64,000 nt of DNA from an uncultured Gemmatimonadales bacterium (GTDB taxonomy: Bacteria; Gemmatimonadota; Gemmatimonadetes; Longimicrobiales; RSA9): the NCBI GenBank assembly GCA_963798085.1, contig CAWCRS010000007.1:1664001-1728000 (forward strand), in the 5' to 3' direction. Below the pieces are notes generated by a model. The model had not been told where the DNA came from. It searched no databases and worked only from the letters and a program-made list of their open reading frames with translations. The translations under genes and the position numbers were made by a program. This document shows, piece by piece, positions 1 to 7,566 of the stretch (the stretch's first letter is position 1; every line of letters begins with the position of its first letter).

Positions 1-429
1 ACGTTCCTTGCGGCGCGTGGGTCGAGTCCCGAGGCCACTGAAGCCAGGGTTCTGCTCGGCCGCGTGTACCTCGATACCAATGCCGCGCAGAAGGCGATCG
101 ATCTGCTTACGCCGGTTGCGAGCGATCTGAAGCAGCCGCTGGGCGTGTCCGCCGCGTTCCTGCTGGCCCAGGCCTACGAAGCCGCCGCCCAGCCGGATCG
201 CGCCGTCGAGGTCTACCTGCGCATCGGCAGTGGCGCCATGTACGACTTCGAGAAACTGCAGGCGCTGGACGCTGCGGCGCGCGTACGCACGGAGAAAGGC
301 GACTACAAGGGCGCCATCGACGTGTACGACCGGCTGCTCGGCATGCTCGCGCCCGAGGCGCCGGATCGCCAGGTATACGAGCTGCGCAAGGCCGAGGCCG
401 CCGCGCGCATGCAGAACGCCAGCCACTGA
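1..429 (+). CDS. Tetratricopeptide-repeat protein, 5' end outside the window
   Basis: Frame 1 is open from base 1 (TFLAARGSSPEATEARVLLGRVYLD...). Repeated TPR-like helical pairs (LLAQAYEAAAQPDRAVEVY; AARVRTEKGDYKGAIDVYDRLL). Stop at 427-429. Confidence 0.7.
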   Translation, partial: TFLAARGSSPEATEARVLLGRVYLDTNAAQKAIDLLTPVASDLKQPLGVSAAFLLAQAYEAAAQPDRAVEVYLRIGSGAMYDFEKLQALDAAARVRTEKGDYKGAIDVYDRLLGMLAPEAPDRQVYELRKAEAAARMQNASH

Positions 430-442
430 AGCCCCGCTCGCC

Positions 443-2381
443 TCAGGTCATACCCACGGCCCGCCGCATGGCGGGTGTAATCTTCTGTTTGAGGCGGGAC
501 CAGCCTTCCCACGGATCCTTGCGCAGTGATGCCAGTCGTTCGTCCACGTTGCGCACGTTGAAGGAATCGGAGCGGATGCCCTCTGCCAGCTCTTCCCAGC
601 GAACCGGCACAGCCACCGTGGCGCCCGGACGCGCACGCGTCGACCACGCTTCCACGGCGGTGGCGCCACGACCGTTGCGCAGATAATCAATGAGGATGCG
701 ACCCTTCCGCTTTTCCTTCGAGAATGTTGAGCGTGTAGCGACCGGGATTCGCGGCGGCAACCCGTGCCGCCACCGCGCGCGAGAACTCCTTCACCTCGTC
801 CCAGTCACCGCCTCGCTGTATGGGCACGACCACGTGCAGCCCCTTGCCGCCGGTCGTCTTGAGAAAGCTCACCAGTCCCAGCTCGCCCAGGTAGCCACGC
901 ATCTCCAGCACCGCCTCGACCACGCGCAGCCACGGCACGCCGGGATCGGGATCGAAATCCAGCGTGACGCGGTCCGGATGCTCGAGATCCCTGCGTGACG
1001 TGCCCCACGTGTGCACTTCGAGTACACCCAGCTGCGCGAGGGCAACCAGCCCCGCCGCCGATCGCACCATTGCGTAGTTCGCCAGTTCGCCGCCCTCGCG
1101 TATCGGCACCAGCTCGATGGCATCAGGAACGGTGCCCTCGATGTGTTTCTGGTAGAAACAGTCCGCGATGCCGTTGGGGCAGCGCACGAGTGTGAGCGGG
1201 CGGTCGCTCACGAAGGGCAGCATGTGCTCCGCTACCCGCGCGTAGTGCCGCGCCAGCTCGAGCTTGGTAACGCCGGTTTCCGGATACAACACCTTGTCAG
1301 GGTTGCTGATCACGATGCCGGCCACCTCGGACGGATCTTCAGCCGCGCTGCGCGTGCGGCGTGCGGAACGGTTCACCGTCTTGCTGACGACAATGTCATC
1401 GTTCTCCTCGAGCGGGCGTGACGGCAGTCGCACATCGGCGGCGGCCTTGTCCTCGCGCAACGCTTCGAAGGACGGGTGGCGGATCAGTCCATCGTCGGTC
1501 ATCTCCGCGTAGGCGACGACCGCTACCAGTTCCGGCTGCACCCAATGCATGTCGCGCGCCTCGCGCCCGTCCGGGCCATCCACGAACGGCGACTCCGCGC
1601 GTTCCAGCCCATCCAGCCGCTGCCGCAGGGACAGCAGTTGCGCGTCCTTGAAGCCCGTGCCCACGCGTCCGGCAAAGCGCAGCGCACCGGCGTCGTCGTA
1701 GCCACCCAGCAGCAGCGCGCCGAAGCCCTGCCGCGAGCCCCCGGGATCGGTGAAGCCGCCCACCACGAATTCTTCCTTCTTCAGGCACTTCACCTTGAGC
1801 CAGTCGCGGCCACGGCCCGGGCGGTAGGGCGCATCCACACGCTTGCTGATGACACCCTCGAGACCGAGCCGGCAGGCCTGCTCGAACACCTGCCGACCAT
1901 TGCCCAGGAAATGGTCGCTGTACTGCAGCGGGCTGTCAGCGGGAAGTGTTTCGAGCAGCGTGGCCAGCCGCCGCTTGCGCGCGAGCAGCGGCTGCGCCGT
2001 CCAGTCCTCACCTTCCAGATACAGCAGATCGAAAACGAAGTAGCGCAGCGTGCCACCGCGGGCGACGCCGCTGAGGATGTTCTGCAGATCCTGGAAGCTG
2101 GTCCTGCCGTTCGGCCGGATCACGGCCACTTCACCATCCAGCACCGTGTCCGCAGCGGACACCGACTCCAGTGCGCGCACCACGGTAGGGAAGTGGTCCG
2201 ACCAGTCCTTGCCGTTGCGGCTGATCAGCCGGGCCAGCCCGCCTTCCAGTCTGGCCAGGAGGCGGTACCCGTCGTACTTGATCTCGTGCAGCCAGCTGTC
2301 ACCCACAGGCGGAGTCGCGGCAGGCGACGCCAGCTGCGGGATCAGTTCCGGGATCGCGGCGTCCCGCGTCGGTCCGCGCAA
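443..2381 (-). CDS. ligD: NHEJ DNA ligase D (ligase + polymerase/primase domains, no phosphoesterase domain); one apparent +1 indel near 722
   Basis: Ligase motif HEIKYDGYR, EGVISKR and WLKVK, OB-fold GRVGTGF. POL domain has LDFDPD and KTTGGKGLHV. The C-terminus (SKEKRKGRILIDYLRNGRGATAVEAWSTRAR) continues in ORF 443..760. Adjacent to ku. Confidence 0.93.
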
Positions 2382-2388
2382 TCAGCGC

Positions 2389-3327
2389 TCAGGCGGTCTT
2401 CCGGCCACGTCCACGCGCGGCCGGGCGGCTGGTTTCGGACGACGACTTGCGTCCGCCCTTGCTGCGCGCTGCCGGCGCTTCTTCGGCCTCGGCTTCGGCG
2501 GCACCTCCGTCCCCGTGGGCGCCCGCGGAGCGCTCCACACTCCGCTTCAACAGGCTCATGATGTCCACCACTTCGGTGCTCGCCTCCTCCTCGGCTTCGC
2601 CCGTGGCAGCGATGAGCTGCGTATCGCCTGCCTCGATCTTCTTCCGGATCCTCGCCATCACGTCTTCACGGTAGCGGTCCGTGTACTTCTCGGGGGACCA
2701 TTTCTCGACCATCTGCGCCACCAGCATCTCCGCCATCTTCAGCTCTTTCTCACTCACGCCCAGCGCGGCCAGGTCGTTGTTCGGCACCTCGAGATCCTCG
2801 GCGGAGCGCAGCTCGTACGCGAAGCGCAGAATCTCCAGCACCAGCACGTCGCCACGCGCGATGACCGCGGCCAGATGCTCACGCGTTCGAATTACGACAC
2901 GCGCGATGCCGACCTTGCCCGTGCGACGCATGGTCTCACGGAGCAGGGCATATCCCTTGGCAGTCGCGCCGCTGGTCATTGGGGCGAGGAAGTAGGGACG
3001 GTTGTAGTAAAGGGGCAGAATCTCGGCCTCGTCCACGAAGTCGAGGATTTCGACCGTGTGCGACGCCTTCACGTTGGCCTGCTCGAAGTCCTCGTCGGTG
3101 AAGACCACGTAGCGTCCGGGCTCGTACTCATATGCCCGGACGATTTCCTCCCACGGCACCTCGTCGCCCGTGTTCTTGTTGTACCGCTTGTACCCGATGG
3201 GTGCCATCGTCCGCTTGTCGACCTGCGAGAAGGAAACGCCGTCGTCGGACTGCTCCGCGGGGAACAGCCCGACCGGGATGTTCACCAGGCCGAAGCTGAT
3301 GTTGCCTTTCCAGAGGGACCGGGGCAT
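2389..3327 (-). CDS. ku: NHEJ Ku protein
   Basis: MPRSLWKGNISFGLVNIPVGLF start, YYNRPYFLAP, GIARVVIRTREHL, VVDIMSLLKRSV and a basic C-terminal tail. AGGAG RBS precedes the ATG at 3327. Confidence 0.95.
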   Translation of the reverse strand: MPRSLWKGNISFGLVNIPVGLFPAEQSDDGVSFSQVDKRTMAPIGYKRYNKNTGDEVPWEEIVRAYEYEPGRYVVFTDEDFEQANVKASHTVEILDFVDEAEILPLYYNRPYFLAPMTSGATAKGYALLRETMRRTGKVGIARVVIRTREHLAAVIARGDVLVLEILRFAYELRSAEDLEVPNNDLAALGVSEKELKMAEMLVAQMVEKWSPEKYTDRYREDVMARIRKKIEAGDTQLIAATGEAEEEASTEVVDIMSLLKRSVERSAGAHGDGGAAEAEAEEAPAARSKGGRKSSSETSRPAARGRGRKTA

Positions 3328-3619
3328 TGATCGTTCTCCTGCGCAATGGGACCCGAAAAATAGCCGACGACCGCGACGGTTGCCACGACTTCGATGCGCG
3401 CGCATGTGTGACACCGCGGGCGCGACGCATGTTCTGAGCGAATGCCAGGGTCGCTCGCGGCCCGCAGCGTGAGCGGGCGTCGCGTCGTTGAGGGCGCGGC
3501 CTGGAGTCGCTGGGCCAAGCCTTGGCGGCTGCCCGAGCGAAGCCTGGTGATCGCGAGCTGAGCTGGGCGTTGTGCTCGGGCATGATAGGCTCTGCGCTGG
3601 GTGTGGTGCTGGCGGTTGT

Positions 3620-3647
3620 TGTGCGCATAATAGGCATTATGTAAACT
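3620..3647 (+). other. dif: dif site (XerC/XerD chromosome dimer resolution site)
   Basis: TGTGCGCATAA-TAGGCA-TTATGTAAACT, an 11-6-11 layout. The left arm matches the E. coli XerC arm (GGTGCGCATAA) at 10/11; the right arm equals the B. subtilis dif XerD arm (TTATGTAAACT). It is intergenic and AT-rich in a GC-rich background. Confidence 0.9.
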
Positions 3648-3818
3648 CCAACGCGAAACCTCTGATCGGGAACGGCACCGCTCCGTCCAGGGTCGGCTCC
3701 GCTTCCCGGGGCGCCGACGCCCGGTCAGTTACAGGAAGACAAACGATGATGTGTCAAACATTTGAGCTATGGGAATTAACGCAGATTCGAGGGTCGGCCG
3801 ATGGCAGGAATGAATATT

Positions 3819-4484
3819 CTACCGGCGGTCTCGTGTGGCTTCGAGCTCGCTTCGCAGGATATTCATGACCTGGTCCGCGGCGGCCGGGACCGCGGCGCGG
3901 TTGGCGGCGCCGCGAAGCGTGGGCAGCGCGAGCGGCGGCAGGATCCGGATCCGGACCGGCGACGGCCGCAGGCTGCCCCACCGTGGCCAGGCGTCGTAGC
4001 TGCCTGTTATGACCACCGGGACTATGGGCACGCCGGCGCGGAGCAGCAAGCGCACGGTGCCTCGGCGCGGGGCCTGGAGGCGGGCGTTCCAGGAGCGTTC
4101 GCCTTCGATGTAGATGACCACCGGCCGGCCTTCGCGGATCAGGCGCAGCGTGGTACGAACGGCCGGCGGATCGACCTGGTACCGGCGAGCTGGAAAGGCA
4201 CAGAGTCGTCGCATCATCGACCCGATCACGGGCACACTGAACTGGGTGCTCTTGGCCATGGCGTAGATGGGGCGCCGCATGAAGGACTGGAGCAGTATGG
4301 GGTCGAGCACCGACTGGTGATTGGCCACCATGATGAACGCACCTGCCGGCAGGTTCTCCTCGCCTTCGAGGTGCACGCTGGACCGAAGCCGCCAGAGTAT
4401 TCGTGTCAGGGCCTGGATGAACTGGTAGAACGGCCTGGCCGGTAGTGTTGACTCGCTTCCGCGAAGCTCCTCGGGCGGGGTCAC
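3819..4484 (-). CDS. plsC: Lysophospholipid (1-acyl-glycerol-3-phosphate) acyltransferase family
   Basis: Motifs NHQSVLD (HX4D), YIEGERS and GVPIVPV. The GTG at 4484 overlaps the upstream stop (GTGA). Confidence 0.85.
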   Translation of the reverse strand: MTPPEELRGSESTLPARPFYQFIQALTRILWRLRSSVHLEGEENLPAGAFIMVANHQSVLDPILLQSFMRRPIYAMAKSTQFSVPVIGSMMRRLCAFPARRYQVDPPAVRTTLRLIREGRPVVIYIEGERSWNARLQAPRRGTVRLLLRAGVPIVPVVITGSYDAWPRWGSLRPSPVRIRILPPLALPTLRGAANRAAVPAAADQVMNILRSELEATRDRR

Positions 4485-5080
4485 AGCGCCACGATCCGAG
4501 GCTGGAATTCGGCCACACGTCCCCGGCCCAGCAGTGCCCAGCGTTCGCGCACGTAGCGCTGCAGCAGGGCCTCCCAGCGGCGCACCGAGTCGCCGAGGAA
4601 ACGAATGGAGACGAGGCCGTCCGCGTGATTCAGCTGCAGCGTCTTCGAGCTTGGCTGAATTGCAGTCAGTGTCTCCAGCGGCCAGTCGAACGCGTCTTCC
4701 GTGCGCGTCTCGATCAGGAAGCGTTCTGGGTCGAGGCTGAGTCTGGCGGCGTGGACTTGTCCGAAGCGTTCGGCGAACCCCATGAGCCGGCCACGATCGA
4801 ATACAGGCTCGGCGGGCATGGCCCAGCAAATGATGGCTGGTTGCGGGCCCAACTGACCGCCTTGCGGCGGCTCGTCGAGCTGGGGCAGCCGGGACTCCCA
4901 TTCGGCTGCGGTCAGGAGTTCAGGCGGCCGATCAGCCAGTTCACCCCGGATGGATGCGCCTGCAGCGCGGCGGAAGCGCGCACCACAGCCCGTACACGCT
5001 TCGTCGCCTCGCTTCCCCACCGTGATCGAGCCGAAGCGGCGACAGTAGGGGCACGCCCAGAGGAGATCGCGAATCGCCAC
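4481..5080 (-). CDS. Hypothetical protein with a Zn-ribbon (CPYC...CTGC) and a beta-rich C-terminal domain
   Basis: 199-aa ORF with two CxxC pairs, translationally coupled to plsC. Confidence 0.65.
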   Translation of the reverse strand: MAIRDLLWACPYCRRFGSITVGKRGDEACTGCGARFRRAAGASIRGELADRPPELLTAAEWESRLPQLDEPPQGGQLGPQPAIICWAMPAEPVFDRGRLMGFAERFGQVHAARLSLDPERFLIETRTEDAFDWPLETLTAIQPSSKTLQLNHADGLVSIRFLGDSVRRWEALLQRYVRERWALLGRGRVAEFQPRIVAL

Positions 5081-5098
5081 GGCGACGGCGGGTTCGAA

Positions 5099-5837
5099 TC
5101 AGAGTCTGCCGAAAAGCGACAGCAGGCGCAGCTTCCACACTTTCCAGACTGCTTCGCGAATGATGCGCCGTGACATTCTTGGACACGCCTGACGTCCGGT
5201 CCGTGAACACAATGGGGACCTCGATGATGCGAGCGCCCCTCTTCCATGCACGAAGCGTCATCTCGATCTGGAATGCGTAGCCTTCGGATTCGACCTTGGT
5301 CAGGTCGACTGCTTCGAGCGCCGTGCGGCGGAACGCCTTGTACCCGCTGGTTACGTCGGCAATGGGCAGGCCGGTGATGCGTCGTGCGTAGGCATTGGCG
5401 AACCAGGACAGGAGCAGCCTTCCCATCGGCCAGTTCACCACTGTCACGCGACCCTCCAGGTAGCGCGATCCGAGGACGACATCGTGTGTGCGCAGTGCTT
5501 CAATGAAGCGTGGCAGGTGTGCGGGATCGTGTGAGAAGTCGGCATCCATCTCGAAGAGCCACTCGTAGCCGCGCTCGATGCCCCAGCGGAAGCCCGCAAT
5601 GTACGCGGTGCCCAGGCCGAGCTTGCCGGCGCGGTGCATCACGTGTACGCGACTCTCGTGCGCAGCGATGGCATTCGCCAGGTCGCCGGTCCCGTCGGGA
5701 GAAGCGTCGTCAATGATCAGCACATCGAGTCGCGCGTCGCGTTGCAGAATGGCCGGCACGAGTCGAGGCAGGTTGTCGCGCTCGTTGTACGTCGGAGTGA
5801 TCACGAGACCGCGTCCCGCGCCCGGCGGCTCGGTCAC
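5099..5837 (-). CDS. Polyprenol-phosphate hexose (mannose) synthase, GT2 DPM1/Ppm1-like; +1 indel near 5178
   Basis: ITPTYNERDN, IDDASPDGT, EMDADFSHDP and YAFQIEM. Removing one A gives the typical end SKMSRRIIREAVWKVWKLRLLSLFGRL* with a stop at 5099. Confidence 0.88.
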
Positions 5838-6856
5838 GCCCCCTCCGCGGTGCGCCCGCCGTCCGCGGCGCTTTGCGCCACGGGGCTCGTCTCACCCCCG
5901 CCCCGAGGGCCCGGGAGCAGGGGGATCAGCAGGAGTGGCAGCAGTTCGCCGGCGGTGAACCACACGCGGGATAGTACGGAGATCAGGACCGCGGCCTCGA
6001 TGGGAAAGCCGGGCAGCGCTGATAACAGCCCTGTCATTGAGAGCTCACGTACGCCCAGTCCCGCCGGCGCCACGAGCACGAGATAACCGGCGAGGTAGGA
6101 AGCGGCGACGGTGCCGGCGAGTTGCCGCACGCTGAGCAGCGATCCGGGCACGAAGGCCGTCGCGAACAGCGAGAACGCGAGCCCGAGCAGGATCCATGAA
6201 GCGCCGTAGCCGACGGCCCAGCGGATCGCGTCGCGACCGCGCAGGTTTTCTGCGAGAGCGAGTGCGGTACCCAGGCGAGCGTTCGCGCGCTGGCCCAGTC
6301 GCGCACGGATCCACGCTCTCGCCTTGTGCCCCGCGGGTGTCGCCGTGAGCAGCCAGATCGCGCCCGCTCCGGCAACCAGCACGAAGCCCAGCACGTGCAG
6401 CCGGAGTCCGCTCACGAAGTCCGGCAGCAGGACGGCGACGAAGAGCATGCCGGTTGCGAGGAACCCGAATTGTCCGAGCAATGCTGCGGCGGTTGCTCCC
6501 GTGGGCGACATGCCCGCGCGCGATGCGAGCACAGCGAATCCAGCGAGCTGCCAGAGCTTGCCGGGTATGTAGCGGCCCAGGCTGGCAATGAAGTAGATGC
6601 GCATTGTGGTGCGCGGATCGGGCCGCCCCACATCGAGGTCGATGGTGATGCGCCGCCACAGGAACGCGTGGATCAGATAGAAACCCAGCAGCGCGATGAG
6701 CGAGAGCAGCAGCGGCAGCGGTGCCGGCTTCCAGCGCTGCAGGTCGGACCAGCTCAGCGTACCCAGCTGTGGCGCCAGCAGTCGATACAGTCCGTAGAGG
6801 ATGGCCGCGAAGAGAACAGCCTGAAGAACGCGCCACAGCACGGTTCGACCGTTCAC
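5834..6856 (-). CDS. Lysylphosphatidylglycerol-synthase-TM / UPF0104 flippase-like membrane protein
   Basis: About 8 hydrophobic segments; family motifs LGRYIPGK and APAGLGVRE. Confidence 0.8.
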   Translation of the reverse strand: MNGRTVLWRVLQAVLFAAILYGLYRLLAPQLGTLSWSDLQRWKPAPLPLLLSLIALLGFYLIHAFLWRRITIDLDVGRPDPRTTMRIYFIASLGRYIPGKLWQLAGFAVLASRAGMSPTGATAAALLGQFGFLATGMLFVAVLLPDFVSGLRLHVLGFVLVAGAGAIWLLTATPAGHKARAWIRARLGQRANARLGTALALAENLRGRDAIRWAVGYGASWILLGLAFSLFATAFVPGSLLSVRQLAGTVAASYLAGYLVLVAPAGLGVRELSMTGLLSALPGFPIEAAVLISVLSRVWFTAGELLPLLLIPLLPGPRGGGETSPVAQSAADGGRTAEGA

Positions 6857-7566
6857 AATCCTGTCTCCTTGGCCACCAGTCCGATGCGCCGGCGCAGGAG
6901 CGGCAGCCAGCGGCCGAATGCGCGCTCGAGCAGGTTCCAGCCCGGTATGTGCGAGGGCAGCGGTTTCAGAGCGACGACGCGCAGTCCCGATGCGTTCACC
7001 GCGTCCACGATTTCCTGCTCGTTGCGCATGCCAATGTGTGAAGGATCGGCGTCGTGAAGAACCTGACGTTCGCGCAGGCGCTCGAACAGGTGCGAGCGGT
7101 TGGGCGTGTAGATGACGAGTGAACCAGCCGGTCGCAACGTGCGACGCACCTCGCGCAGGACGCGGCCCAGGGTGACGTCATCCAGGTGCTCCGTGAGGTC
7201 TGCCATCACCACGATGTCGACCGAGCGTGAGCGAATCGGGAGTTCTGCGCCATCCGCGCGCACGAAGGATACGGTGACGGTCTCGGCGGCGGCCACCCGC
7301 CGGGCCGCTGCCAGCGCGGCCGGCGCCATGTCGATGCCGGTGGCGTAGGCGCCGCGCTGGCTCGCCTCCATGGCGAACGTGCCCATGCCGGTGCCCAGGT
7401 CCACGAAGCGCCGGCCGGCGAGTGCCGGCAGCAATGACAGCACGTTAGCCACACGCCGGCGAGCGAAGCGCGTGCGTTTGCGGTAACGCGCGGCGAGGTC
7501 GGCGAAATAGGCCTCGTCGTATCGGCCCGCGACATCGTAGGCGGTGAGGCCGCTGTCGTTGCTCAC
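6853..7566 (-). CDS. Class I SAM-dependent methyltransferase
   Basis: VDLGTGMG motif I, GIDMA, TEHL and LRPAG. The GTG at 7566 overlaps the upstream stop. Confidence 0.85.
   Translation of the reverse strand: MSNDSGLTAYDVAGRYDEAYFADLAARYRKRTRFARRRVANVLSLLPALAGRRFVDLGTGMGTFAMEASQRGAYATGIDMAPAALAAARRVAAAETVTVSFVRADGAELPIRSRSVDIVVMADLTEHLDDVTLGRVLREVRRTLRPAGSLVIYTPNRSHLFERLRERQVLHDADPSHIGMRNEQEIVDAVNASGLRVVALKPLPSHIPGWNLLERAFGRWLPLLRRRIGLVAKETGL

Noticed and set aside
700..740. Programmed frameshift in ligD
   Set aside because: No convincing slippery site is present, the shift cuts the POL domain, and similar indels occur throughout the window.
3370..3460. Sigma-54 promoter upstream of ku
   Set aside because: TGGCA half-sites are present, but there is no TTGC at the required -12 spacing.
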